DNA of 64,000 nt, taken from contig LWCA01000017.1 in assembly GCA_001642005.1 (NCBI GenBank), positions 22,040 to 86,039 on the forward strand, written 5' to 3'. The translations under genes were made by a program, and so were the position numbers. The number at the start of each line of letters is the position of its first letter. Position 1 is the stretch's first letter. Below are positions 50,101-64,000 of this stretch, piece by piece. The stretch comes from Intoshia linei. Its lineage: Eukaryota; Animalia; Orthonectida. The notes below the pieces were generated by a model, which saw nothing but the letters and a program-made list of their open reading frames with translations, searched no databases and was not told where the DNA came from.

Positions 50101-53100
50101 GTATATTGGACCAATATTTTCAGCACTGGAATCAATCGATCTGTAAAGCAGACTAATTTTTTTTCAATGTAATAAAAATATATATTACAGAGGCCATCCC
50201 TCAAATGTTGCCACACTGAACAAAGTCAACATTCCATTTTTTATGTCATCAAAATTAAAATTATTGTTTGTCCATTCTCTGGATACAATTTCAGGTTCTT
50301 TTACATCAAAACCAATATATCGTATATATTGTCCTCTAAAAATTGTGACGTATTAACGCAACTTTACATATATGTATATTAAATTACCGACAGGTCTCTT
50401 CTGTTAATTTTGAAAGATCATTACATTCATAAAAGGCACCCTATGTTAATACTAAAATAATTTTATAAATGTACGCACTTTGAAAAGTTGAACACCGATA
50501 GCTGAAAACATAAATTGTAATAAAATTGTAACCAACATGATATTTCCTATAGTTTTGACAGCAACAACTACACATTGAACCACATTCTGAGAATTTAATC
50601 ATAGAATAAATCAAATATACCTTTAATCCTTTAGCTCTATTTATAGCTCTCAAGGGCCGCAAAACACGTAAGACTCTTAGAATTTTCACAGTACTAATAG
50701 CTTCATTACTAAAATATAGTTTTAAAAATAAATCATACATTTACTTTAACAAAAATGAACCCAGACCAACAAATACTACCAGTAAATCTAATAAATTAAA
50801 TAAGCTTCTACAGAAAGATCCTTTGTGCCATATAAAACCCAATGCCACAATCTAAATTATGTTTTAAGTTTTAGAGTAATTTATTTTTAGCAAAAGTTTT
50901 TAAATTACTTTTAGATTAACTTCTATTGTAAATAATCCAGTGAAAATATAGTCGAAATATTTTAAAATCTAAATAAAATTATGTAGTATAGTATACATTA
51001 TGATATATTATGTAATTAATGATTATAATTATACACATTGTAAGTGGGGTAGAGACAAGGAGCACAAGGGTCGAATATTGGGGTTAATATATTCATTATA
51101 TGTTTTTAACAGTTGTCTTTAGTCACTACCAGTTTCATGTAATTTAGTTTTTCTCAAACTTTTTATGCTAGGCCTCACTTTTATTCTTAAAATATCTCAG
51201 TCTCACTTCAAAAAATGACCTAGCGATCATTTATGTAATATTAACGTAAATTAGGGATCTTTTCAGAAAACTAATCTCTACTACGTCTAAACCATGGATT
51301 CTTAACCTTTTTTCACTTGGTACCCCTTAATTCAATTAAATTCAATTTGGCAATCCCAGGTTAAGAACCCATAGCCTAAACCTATTTAATAGGATCGTAA
51401 TCTATTAAATATTTAGGGCAAGTAAAAATTAACAAATGCTAGCCCGGTCGGTCCCGGTGGACGACTCTACATCAGTTACTATGTAATAATACTTCAACCT
51501 ATTTAAGTAAATTATTTTTTTATTTATTTATATTATTCTAATTATTTTATTTGGAGAAATGAGGCTACAATTTTACAAAAATTTCTTAAAGCTCGTCCCG
51601 AAGAGGTTTCTCAGATACCGTAGGTTCGGTACTGAACCATAATATAGTTTTATCCATAACCTACCAATTTTACATTTGGTATGTGGAGTCCAGTTGAATA
51701 TATGAATCTCTGAGATGTTCAAGAAAATAACGCCCCTTAAGACAGATAAAAAATTAAATTATATACTTTATTTCTCTGTGAATTCGTGTAGAGAGGGTCC
51801 TCAGCTGCCAACATTGTTGAACTAACCAAAATAGCAAACAATACAAGATTTCCAAAATAGTTGTGATTGCAAATAAACCAACAAAATTTTCGAAATCTAA
51901 AAATTAATCAAATGAAAATAAAACACCTTTTAAACGATAAATTTCATGAGGACAGAGAGACACAATATAAAAAGTTTTAAACATATGTATTGCCTTGTTG
52001 AATATGTTTTTAACTGGGGTTCACAACATACCACGATTTTATCTGCGGAATTTAAACACGAAATTTTTTCAATACCACTAAAACAGTAAATTTGAAAGCA
52101 ATCATGATATCCCTAAAAATGGTAATAATTTTACTTCAATGGTCAACAATTTCTAGGACCATATAGAGATGATATTTTGAAGATAAATTTCAAATTTTTC
52201 GATCTAATTTAATTTAAATATATCATGGAAAGGCCTGATAACCATTCTGTGAGTTTAGAACAAGGCTAATGTAAAAAATGTTTATGAATGTTAGCAATCA
52301 TCAGTATATACCAGGGGTGTCTGATTCAATTTGCTTGGCAGGATAAATGTGAAACAAAAATTATTACGCGGGCCGTACAAAAAAGTATTACTCAAACCAT
52401 TATTAAACTAACAGTTTTAATTAATAAAATGGAAAAGAAACAATAATAATGGAATGAGTATATAACTAATGTTAAAATTCTAATCATGAATAAATAAATC
52501 ATGAAAAATATATAAAAAAACTGTGTAAAAAATTTTATCATAAAAATAAAAATTTATATTATAACGGGCCGCATAATTGACAGTCTTGTTATATGTCAAT
52601 GAATGAAATGAAAATTTCTTGTATTTGAATTTTGAATTTGTAATTTTTAATGTATATTAATGTTTTAATGCATACTAGTCAAGGTTGAATAGTACCCACT
52701 AACCACAAAATTAGCTTATTATTTATTATCACATAAAATTTGTTAATTACATGTTACATATTAAATTAAAACTAAATAAAATCATATTGAAAGATTTTCG
52801 TGGATTAATGGTGCTCTAAATCTCGTACAGGTTGTAACAGTAGTCGTCAAAATTTTAACGAAAAATTAATAATTTTTCAGAGGTGAAAATGCTAGTAATA
52901 CGTATCATGTGTATACTATTTAAAAATATCTGCTAGTAAAAGAATTCAAGGTATCTTGCACCATCCACTTAGTCAATCAGAGAATTATAGTATACTTGTT
53001 TGTTGGCGATAAACAAATCAATGAATTATATTGTGGAATCTCGGGCTTAATTGATGTATCATTTTCTTCATTAATTCTTTTCGGACACGCTTTTGAAGAG

Positions 53101-56100
53101 GTATTTTCTAACATATTACAATAAATATAATTATTTTAGTAGATAAATTATGATTTTACCGTTTGATTCCATTGATAAACTAATACATAAAATATTAAAT
53201 AAATTAATTAAAAATTACTTTTGAGATTCTGAATCTTGTTTCTTAATTAAAAACAAAAAAATTAATAAAAATAATAAAATAAAATAAAAATAGAATATAA
53301 TTATTATAATCCTAACTTATATAATGTTACGCGATTTTTGTTTGTGTGTGTGTTCCACTTTATTGAAATAACTACCAGTCTTAGAATTTTATAAAGTTCA
53401 CATTTCTATTCCAGTTTTTTCCGGGACGTATAATAAGATAAATTTCAACCTCCCAAACTCACATCTTACAGGTCAAAAACCCCAATTGTCCTTCTTTTTA
53501 AAAATCAAACGAGTTGGAGAATTTAAAAAATATATCTTCAGGGCCAAAACCCCAAATTACCCTTCTTTTTTTAATGAAAACAGCTTAGAATTTTTAAAAA
53601 TTTCAATTCAAATAAGTGACGACTTCACGGTCAAAAAAGCATTTTAGTATTCATATTATTTTTTTTTCGAAATATTTTATTAACAATGTAAAACAAAAAA
53701 TGTGAAATAATTAACGCTCCGAAAATTAAAAAAAAAGAAGATTATTCTTATAGAGCTTATTGCAGTTGATATAAATACAAAATTTCAACCCCAGAAATCT
53801 ACGCATTCCCGGTAAAAAATAATTTTTAATATATTATCAATTAATATTTTTCAAATATTTCGATTAAAATAAAAATAAAAATGTAAATATAGATCCTACA
53901 ATTTCAAAAAAAATGTGCATTGAACGTCTACACATTTCCAATAAAAAAATATGAGTGAAAATCTATATAATTCATTCCTTCGGAATTTATTTCATTGCTA
54001 AACAATTTTTAAATTTCAAATTCTAATTTTCAAAACACATTTAATAAAATTTAAATAGAAAATATAACAACGAATCTAAAACAACTTTGATTTATCATTA
54101 TTATATTTATTACAATTCTTTAAATTCGACTGAAATATGTTTATAACGTGAAGATTCGGTTAATTGGTAATTTTAAGTATTTATTAAATTGATACTGAAT
54201 ATATATCATCACATTGAAAATGATAAAATAGGTTTTTATAATTTTATCGGTGTTTTTATTGATTTTTTTTTAATAATTTTTACCAATTAATTGCAACTAA
54301 ATTGGTTGCAATCAATTAATTCCAATTCCTGCCTGTTACGTTAAACGTACCTGAAATGGCATTACGGGTTTGAAAACTTATTTGTTGATGTTGAATTACA
54401 TCTGTAGTACAATAGAACCCGATTATAGTGATAATATTGGTATTCTGAATTTGGGACATTAAATTATCAACAATATATGTAGGTTTTATTAAATCCTAGA
54501 AATAAAAAAAAATTGTCTAATTATAAACCTTTAATATATTCAGATAAGTCAGATTATTTTTTAAATTCAATTTAAACTTACTTTTCGTTTAAATGATGAT
54601 TTAGCTTCATTGATTTTATTATTATTTTCAACTTTAGTTTCGTTGTGCACTCTAGTTAACGTGTCCGCATCCGCCAAATTATCCACCGCTATGGCCAAGA
54701 AAACGTTTAATAATATATCTAAAGATAAAATAAACAGTTTTATGACAATTACAATTTCCACAAATAAACATGATGACAAAATACAAAATGACCAAAACGC
54801 CAAAAGATTTAACACCACCATAGGATTGAATTCCATTGTACATGACGACATTCCAATCTTCACCCGTTAAAACCTTTAATAAATAGAGTTATATTTTTAA
54901 TGGTATACATTAAATACATCAATATTTTATACCTGAAAAACTGTGATAAATGACTGGCAGAACGAATCAAAATTAGATCTTGGTTTAAGAACATCTTTGT
55001 CGAAATTAAATCGACCTCCAAATAACTGCATTCCCAGAAGAGCAAATATAACAATAAATAAGAATAATAACAGTAAAAGACTGGCTATAGATCTCATACT
55101 GTTCAGTAAAGACGCTACCAAATTACTCAATGATTGAAAATGTCTAAATTTGATATACAAATGTATAAAGTATATGCACACTGTGCATTGCACAGTATAC
55201 AGTGGTCGCTCTCAAAAGTGAAAAGGAGTAGAGCACCTATCGGACTTTTATTAAATTTTATTAATGTCTGATTTTTTAATTTCTTAATTCTCATCAATGA
55301 TTAATTACAAAATAAAATGTATAGTTTTTATAATCTTGATGGTAAACATGAATTTAAGATTATTGAATTATTAGAGAAATGGATAAAGTGGATATAAACG
55401 ACGCAGAATAAAATAAGGGGTTTCTAAGAGATTGCATTCTTAGTAATACGAGGACTAGGAACTAAAAGGTTATGAAACCCTGCTCTAAATAATGTCAAAT
55501 TATAAATTACAACATTACATTGTATTCGATTTCATAAAATTTGAAACCGACCATGATATTAAATTTTCTAATTTTTAAAACAAATTTACCGTGTTATTTT
55601 AAAAATTCTGAGTAGACGCGCACATCGTAAAACACTCAATCCTAACGGACGAATCAATCCAGAGTAAATTAAAATCAATTCTGTGAGACTGCAAATTACG
55701 ACAAAACAATCAAATCGATTGAAGCACGATAAAAAATAACCTTCAATTCCCAAACAGCTTAATTTTAACAACATTTCAATGGCAAACATTATTACAAAAA
55801 ATATGTTCACAACGTCTAAAATGTTATATATTAAATTTTTAACATAAATATCAGTGGTTCCCGATTAGGGTTAGTGGAACATTATATTGCATCTAAAACA
55901 ATATACCTGGGGTCAATGAAATTCAAGTAAAATAAAAAAAAATTTACCAACTTTTAAATTTTAATTTATATTTTTAAATTGAAGTATTAAATTTATTACA
56001 GAGTTGCCAGATGTTAAAAATATATCCAAAATTCTTGACGACATTTACATTATTATTTCAAAAATCCCACTATTATTTAAAAATTAAAATTTAATAAAAA

Positions 56101-59100
56101 ATACAATTTCAAACCCTGAGGGAATAATCGACTTTTACCAATATTTTTTTGAAAAACACGATTTTACCAAATCTTATAAGAAAAATTCACTTAATCAAAT
56201 CCCAAAATAAAAAATACATTTTTATCAATCCTTAAGATATTAGATATTAGCACTGGAATCATTCTATTATAGGAATCTGCAAAATAATTAATTTGTCATA
56301 ATTGGGGTATGATTAAGTGAATTACGTTGCTTAAGGACTGATAAAATTGTATTTTTTTCAAAAAAATTATATATTACAGCTAAATACATACAATCAATTT
56401 AATAAAATCAATTAAATTTTACGAATATTGGTTTACTTGTAAAAAAAATTATAAAAAAAATAATATTTCGAAATGGTGGTCAGTAAATTATTTGAATCGG
56501 TAAACACTGATTTATATACAATGTATATTATACATAATATTATTATCATCATGTATTATGTTACCTTATTATTAAGGTTTATTATTATTCAATCATGCTC
56601 CAATTTTAGGGTAAATAATAGGGTTGGCAATTTACCGAATAAAAGTTTAACGGTAAATTACCGATACATTTCATATTTTTTAAATTTTTTTTTAAATACA
56701 TGTATCAAAATTAATTTAATCTCTATAATTAATTTAAACATATTTACATTATTTTTTGAAAAAGAATTTTAATGTCAATTTAATGTAATTTTTTAGTAAG
56801 ATTAAATTATAGGTTTAATTTAAAAAAAAAAAATAATTGAGGTTTTTGACTAGTAAGATGTAAGTTTCAGATATTGAACTTTATCTTACTTTCGCTTAGG
56901 AAAAAACTAACTTGGAATTTTCGTTTTTTAAAATTATATAACACTTAGTTATTGAAATAAACGATAATACATGGACAGACTGATAAAAAAAGAGTTTTAT
57001 ATGCATGTATAAGTGAGAACGTACTTGAAACAAACAATGACTATATTAAATATTTTACTTTGAAACATTTCGAGCCATTTAGGTTGACCATAATGATCGG
57101 ATGTTAGTACAACAGTGTTTAACGTAACTAATACGATTATAAGCCAATAAAAAAATTGAGATTTCACAATATGACGTACTCGAATTTTACTAAATTAGAA
57201 TGTAAAATTATGCTACATTATTAATATACTATGTAATTGTATTATATTTTTTAACTTACTAGATTTTATAAAACCTTTGAAATCTGCGTCTGTAATATAA
57301 GAGTATATATATTTAAAATACACGTAAGCTATTACTTGAATTGAAGCACTCTTTTATTATGTTGAAATCTAATTGGATGAGTTTCACGGTATTCTGAGTT
57401 TTCTTCTCCGGAAAAAGAACCGGTAATATTGGTTGTTTGGGTCATATCCTCTAAACCGTTATTTTACTTTATTTAATTTTTTCATGTTATATATAGTTTC
57501 TATTATTAAATTTACCTGACTGATTGATCCAATCCAAATAACCTCTAACGTCGCTGTCAACCTTTTTTTTGTCTCTCAGTTTTTTGAAATTGCCTCTAGC
57601 CTTAGCTTTTTCTCTAGCCTTTGAAAATTCACTAAAAATATATAAAAGTTAAAAATATTCAATACCCGCTCAAGACACCTAATACTAAATTCATAACAAA
57701 GAATGAACCTAATATTATCAGAGAAAGAAAATAAATCCACGGCCATGTGTTTCCTAACGAGTCGTTTATCTAATATATTAATTTATGTATTTATATTCTA
57801 TCTTTATAAAAACCATATATAAAACATCCGTCCAACCTTCCATTGTCACACACTGAAAAACTGTTAAAATAGAAAGGCCAATATTATCAAAATTTGTAAT
57901 TCCGTTGTTTGGACCTTCATAATATTCACGACATGTGTAACCTTCATTGCATTGATATAAACCACCACAAACAGTCGGATATGGTTTCATCACATCTATG
58001 TTAAATTAAGTTAAATTGCATAAAATGATAACTATAAAAAATCATGAACATTTCAATTCATTCATTTGGTCTTCTTTGTACCCAATTTATTAGTATTATT
58101 AAATTATTATTATTAATTATACACTTAATGATAATTGAATTAATTTTAATACTTGTATTATTTTTGAAGCACGTCTTGTGTAAACTACCAGAAAACAATT
58201 CTAATCCAATGATAGCATAAATTATTATGACAAAAGCAACTAATAACGCCACATGTAAGAGTGGGATCATTGCTCTTAGAATTGAATTCAACACAACTTG
58301 AAGACCTTTAAATAAAATAAAAATGTATATAAAATTAATAACAGACGTTTAATAATAATGATAATAATTATAATATTTTTAACTAATTATTATTATAATG
58401 CACCATAAATGTACAATTAAATCTGTAGTTCGTCAATGTCGGATGGTATAATTTTGGAAAAATATTGAAACGATAACTTAATAAACAAAAGTTTTTACAC
58501 TTAAACCTACACGGATGCCCATTTCGCCCAAAATGTTTTGTGGACCCTTTAAAAAATTTCTACGTAACAAATAGCCCTTAGTAGACCAATTACAACTGAA
58601 CCTGCGATGTTCGAGCCTCCAGCCTCTAATTATCGGTATTTGATTATAATCAAAATTTTTTTAAAAATTAACCATAAACTTTTTATAAAATGATTAATAA
58701 ATACATACTTGGAACGCCAGAAACAAGTCTGAGCGGTCTGAGAACTCTGAAAGCTCGTAAAGCCTTAACATCAAATCCTTTTTGGTCTAATACTGAAAAT
58801 ATGGAACTTACATTACTAGAAAAGAATTAACATGAAAATAAATAAATTACCCTATAACAACAATAATAAAATCAAGACTATTCCATTTCGATCTTAAATA
58901 TGCTCCAGGGTGTAACAAAAAACCTAGAGCAATAATTTTTAGCAAGCATTCGAAAGTAAAAATTATCAAAAATGCAAATTCGAGATATTCCTAAAATGCG
59001 ATAATTTTAAAAATTGTAAAATTAACCAAAATTATATTAATTTCATTGGTATCTCCAGAAGGATACGGAGTATATATTGCCAAAGCTATACAATTTGCAA

Positions 59101-61563
59101 ATATTGTCACCAGTATTAAATATTCAAAAGCCCTGAAATTGATGAAATTATTAACAAATAAATTATATATATTATTTTAATCAATTTATTATTATTATTA
59201 TTGTTATTTTGGCGCCATAATTTTTAGGTACAAAATTTACAAGCTTCAAATTTATGAAAATTTTAAGGTAATTTTAACTGCATTTTAAAGTACATTTGAA
59301 TGATATTAATTATATATTAATTTAGAATCAATTTAAATTTAAATTTAACTAAAAATCTATGTCTGTTTGTAACGATTATAGTGTATGTGTAGTTAATGTA
59401 AATATTTAAAGGATTGAAAGTAAGATGAGTTTAGATTTAGTTCCGATTTAGGTCCAAAACTATATGCCTTGGCTTCGTGAGATTCAAATAAAATATATAA
59501 AAAATTTTATCAACTGTTTAATTTGTCGATGTTGTTTGCCAGATGTTGTTAATCTACCCTAAACACTAGACAACCGTTACATTATTATTTGAAAAATGTC
59601 ACTATTAATCCAAATATTAATAAAATTTAATCAAAAATACCATTTGAAACCCCAACGGAAAAACCGACTTTTGAAAAATCCGATTTTACCAAATCTTTAA
59701 TCGTTTAATCCAAAATAAAAATTAATTTTACAAAACCTAACTTACGGAAATATCCAATTTTTTCAAAAATCCGATTAGACAATATCTTATGAGCAACAAA
59801 TTCTTAATCTAAAACCCAAAATAAAAAATCCAATTTTAAATACCTATCTGAAGAGGAAAATCTACTTTTTCAAATACTTTTTTTCAAAAATCCAAAATAA
59901 AAAATACATATTTAAATACCTGACTAAAGGGAAAAATCCCCTTTTTCCATTATTTTTTTTCATTAACACGATTTTACAAAATCTGATGAGAAAAAACCTT
60001 TAATTTTTTAATTAATTTTATATATTTCATGTTTCCTTTGGGATCCAAAAAAATAAATATTTTGAAATGGTGGTCCCGTATAATGTTTGAATCGGGAACC
60101 ACTGGTTTAGAGTCTAAACTTTAATGGTTTTTAAAAACAACAATTTCTAATACAGTTTTACGCAGGTAAGGTTTTATCGTTAATTTAATTTCCGAAATTG
60201 AATCGTTGAGGGTCAAAAACACAAATTATCCATTTTTTTAAAAATCAAACGAGTCCTCGAATTTTTTAAAATACACATTCTGATACTAATCTGATAGATT
60301 TTAAATCATAAATATTAGCGTAAATTTTAATTTCAAAAACTTTAATCTTCACGACAAAAACCAGAAATTACTTATTATTTTAAAAAATATCACATTTAAT
60401 ACAGCCTTTTTAGTTAACATACATAAAAAATTTCACTAAGCTAAGTCTTCATGGTCAATAAAGAAATTTACTATATAGTATCATACTATTACTATTATAT
60501 ACTATTAGTATGTAATACAATGTACATATGTACTGTGTTTTTTTTTTGGAAATTATTTCATTGACATCCATTAAATTAAAAAATATGAAATATTAAATGC
60601 TCCTAGAATTTAAAAAGATTTATTCTGATGCAGATTATTCCAGTCTATATAAATAAAAAATGTCAACCTCAAAAATCTAAATATTCCCATCAAAAATAAC
60701 CTTTAATATATTATCATCCATTATTTTTCAAATTTTTGGATTAACTTTTTTTATAAAATTAAAAATGAAAATGTAAATATTCATCCTACAATTTCGAAAA
60801 AATAGTAAAAAATTAAAATTAACAATTTAGTATTTTTTAATATTATAAACCTTTGATCACCATGGTTTTTAACAAGGGTTGTGCCATATTTTGACAATTA
60901 CTATAAAAATTACATTTATTTTATTATTCTATCACTGCATTATGAATAATAATTTACAATTCAAAGTATTAAAACTACCCACTCAAAATAGTCAAAATAG
61001 TATATCTAGTCTGTATATAAAATTAAAATTTGGAAAATGTTAAGTTAAATTATCTCTTTTTTTAAAAGTCTTAGCATGTATTGCAAAAATAGAAAAATCA
61101 AACTAGATTCATTTGCACTTATTCGTGTACATTTCAATAAAAGAATGCATAATGAAGCTATAAAACTGAATCGTAAATCTACCCTAAAATTCGAATTATA
61201 CCTTTAAATAGTACTTTAAATTTTTTTGTTTTTGTTAAATGTAGCTTCCCGTAAATGAAATGGTTTGTAATTATTTTAAACTTTCTTTGTTAATATTGAT
61301 ATTACTTCCATTCAATGATACGGATGCATAATTTTCGGAACGGATTGTTTAGGCTAAAACAAAACAAAGCACGTCTGGGTTTTTGGTTTAGTTTATTTTG
61401 GTTTCTAATATTGGCCCTATGCTTAGCACCGACCGTCATTTTTTTCTGAGCTCCTAAATGAAAAAATAAAATAAAATAAAATAAAACAACTGTGCAAAGC
61501 AACCGCAGTAGCGACAATTTTATTAAAATTTGGATATTTTTTATCCACTTGCCCCTTTTCCAT
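41133..61563 (-). CDS. Voltage-gated calcium channel alpha-1 subunit, L-type (Cav1; CACNA1C/D, egl-19 group); more than 40 exons
   Basis: Four S4 segments; pore motifs TMEGW, TGEDW, TFEGW, TGEAW (EEEE); AID GYLDWI; [20 protein letters not shown] motif; [20 protein letters not shown] typical of Cav1. Start and stop inferred by manual splicing. Confidence 0.96.
41750..42649 (+). mobile_element. Non-autonomous Helitron with an intact composite 3' end
   Basis: 3' tgccctcggcaaagCTAGgtgctgtttgtatgtagtacattacagtcaacCTAG|T; no TSD. Confidence 0.8.
44554..44889. mobile_element. hAT MITE
   Basis: CAGAGCCGTCTTAAG...CTTAAAACGGCTCTG with perfect 8-bp TSD tccttagt. Confidence 0.9.
46849..47180. mobile_element. 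Tc1/pogo-type MITE
   Basis: TA|CTATCTTTTCTCGATTATAAG...CTTATAATCGAGAAAAGACAG|TA. Confidence 0.8.
47264..48077. mobile_element. Foldback element: ~810-bp near-palindrome with internal ~35-bp tandem repeats
   Basis: Outer ~165 bp of each arm are reverse complements; (aaactttcaaggtggtttttaagattttttttagac)n switches orientation near 47735. Confidence 0.88.
51293..51373. mobile_element. Minimal 81-bp hAT MITE
   Basis: catggattcttaacc...ggttaagaacccata; TSD gtctaaac/gcctaaac. Confidence 0.65.
53310..54190 (+). mobile_element. Non-autonomous Helitron with an intact 5' end
   Basis: A|TCctaacttatataatgttacgcg plus (TG)n tract. Further copies or fragments at ~2480-3205, 3850-4505, 7894-8690, 22206-22540, 38760-39305, 45320-45892, 60130-60800 and 62960-63650. 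Confidence 0.8.
55852..56509. mobile_element. hAT-like MITE (CAGTGGTTCCCGATT family)
   Basis: Ends CAGTGGTTCCCGATT...AATCGGTAAACACTG; degenerate 8-bp TSD ataaatat/atttatat. Confidence 0.65.
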
Positions 61564-64000
61564 AAACTTATCAATTAAAAAGTTTGAATCAAAAACGGAC
61601 CAATTTCAATGTCATAAATGGAATAAAAGTCCAATACTTGAAATGCAATACTGAAGTGTAATGTGTAAAAATTATGTTTTGGATTATAAGATGAAGCACA
61701 AGTTACTGTCACTAATTTAAATTGAAAAGGTACAATGCTACATCAGATCACATCAATCCATTCTAGTCCCTCACGTCAAACATTGCAGAATACATCAAAA
61801 ACTAATTATTTTCTAAATCAATTAGGAATTAGAATAGTGAAATAATCGAATATTGTTCCAGTTTTTTTCTTTTAAACTCAAAATATTTTTAATTTTTCAT
61901 AATTAAACGTCAAAATAATATAATATCATAAATTATAAAATACCTTCAAAAAATTTCAAATTAAATTAATTTTTAATTAATAAAAATGATATTTTTACAA
62001 TCGATTAAGTAATCAGCTAAATTGTTAGCTACACATTCAACAGACTATTCCAGTATTTCTAAATCAAAACTCACAAGTGATAACAGCTGGTTTTTATATC
62101 TAGCCTGGAACATTTTTATTCGTGAATCTACATAATAATACACTATATCAGTTATAATTTTTACAGCAAAGTTTATGTCTTTATATTCGTAGTTATTAGT
62201 TCATTGTCTTTTATTTCTTTCAATAAAAGTATTAACTGTATATTTTTTAAATTGACTATTAAATCAAGAATATTAACAATTAATTTCAATTTTTGACTAT
62301 ATAAAATTCTTTTTACATGTATGTCAAATGATGAATACAGGTTATAATCTTGTCTTTAATATATTTTTATAAAATAAAACATACAACGTGTTTAGTTTGA
62401 CTTGGTATAAGAAATAATATATATTAACAATTACAATATCATGTAATATGATATTTTGCAAGTGCTGTCAAATTGAACGATTCATTCTTCCTACATTAGT
62501 AAAATTTTGGAAAGTAAAACGAATTTATAATGATTATCAATGATTCTTCCGTTTACAATTGTACTTAAATTGATTCACGGTTCTCATGATCCCCAATCAT
62601 TTCAAATTTTTTCATAAACCCAAATATTTGTCATTGTCTCATAGTATTTGTTCACTTTGACAATTTTTGTGAGGAAAAACAAATTTACTAAAGAAGTTAA
62701 TAAAGAAATTAACATTTCAATTCTATTTTTTAATTTTACATTTACAATTTTGTTGGTATATGATTATAGAATAGTTTCAGGTCTATTGATTGATAAGGTC
62801 CAGATGTGAATGCTTTTTGTTTATCTACATATTTTTCTGAATTGTGGATTGGATGTAAAAAGTGTTCTTTATTAAGTTCTTCAATTATTTTATTTGAATT
62901 ATCTAATTTTTATATAATTTTAATTAATTAATATTAATATAAGTATAATGTTAATTATCCAAACTTATATAAAACTCATTTCTGTCTAGTCTGCCGGCGT
63001 GTGTTATTGTTTATTTCAATAACTAACAGTCCTAGAATTTAAAAATTCCATATTTCTATTAGTCTTTTCAGGGTGGAATTCAACGTAAAAGATAATTTTA
63101 AAATCTCCGAAAATAACATCTTACCGCTGAAAAAACCCAAATATTCTTTTTTTTTAAATCAAACCAATCATAGAGTTTAAAAAAATATACATATTTAAAA
63201 ATAATAAACATTCTCATAAATTTAAATTTCAAAAATTTATATCTTCAAAGACTTTAGGGCCATTTTTTAGTAAACAAATTTGAAATCTGTTTGTTCACAT
63301 TTCATTGACGAAAGTATGATGTGTAGTGTTTTAAAAACACCAATTTCTAATACAGTTTTTCGAGGATTAGATTTTATCGCAAATTTGATTTAAGAAATTG
63401 AGTTTTTCAGGGTTAAAAACCTCAATTATCTTTTTTCTTTTAATCCACGAATTAAACCAAAAATATTTTTAAATCAAGATTATCATTTTTTAATTTCAAA
63501 AACTTATATTTTCATGGTCAAAACCCTAAATTCCCCATCTTAACGTACATAATGTATATAAAACTCGTTGTTTGTGTGTCTGTGTGTGTATCATCTTTAT
63601 TTTATAAAACTTAAAAAAAATAATAATCCCAGAATTTAAAAAAAGATTAATTTAATTTATTAATTTATTTCATACAGCTTTTTCCAATTAAAATATATAT
63701 TAGGTGATTCACAAAGTTGTCGTTTTTATTGATACAATTGATTAGAAACGCTATATAACCGATAAGATTTCACATATTTCCAAATATAAAATATTTTTTA
63801 ACAATCATGTGTACGACCACATCAGATAAGAACGTAATTTATTTAAATCTACATTGATTCAATGGCCATTTAGACGAAATATTTTAATGATTTTGAGGGA
63901 CATTTACGTCATATTTTACTGTATGAGGACCTTAGTGCAGTGGTAACTACCAAAAATATATGTGCTGTGTATAGTAAGGATGTTTTAAATGACAGAAAAT

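Noticed and set aside
61490-61535. [13 protein letters not shown] as a possible NSCaTE calmodulin motif of Cav1
   Set aside because: The position fits but the diagnostic Trp is absent; too weak to call.

Overview
Very AT-rich animal genomic scaffold with many short (about 34-60 nt) GT-AG introns, a few repeat-filled larger introns and three single-N joins (8259, 15006, 22205). The profile fits a compact invertebrate genome; an orthonectid such as Intoshia is only a guess. Genes I reconstructed by hand: a divergent srGAP-like F-BAR + RhoGAP gene (-, <1 to ~7260), TPPP/p25alpha (-), an SLC6 amino-acid-type transporter (-) whose largest intron holds a same-strand Nova/Pasilla-like KH gene, a decayed G-alpha-q fragment (+), an intronless MFSD1 (+), a CLCC1-like gene (-), a proprotein convertase (+), and a complete L-type Cav1 alpha-1 subunit (-) ending 65 bp from the convertase stop. 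Mobile DNA: an abundant non-autonomous Helitron family, a Tigger/pogo element inserted in a Helitron terminal hairpin, two Tc1 elements (one intron-containing, one IR/DR-type), a full-length mariner, hAT MITEs with 8-bp TSDs and two foldback elements. The most intriguing locus is the KH gene inside SLC6: its last donor is in phase with the next SLC6 acceptor, which would allow a KH-transporter chimera, but local assembly signatures could equally mean a mis-join. All family calls come from motifs I recognised by eye, and exon boundaries are approximate.
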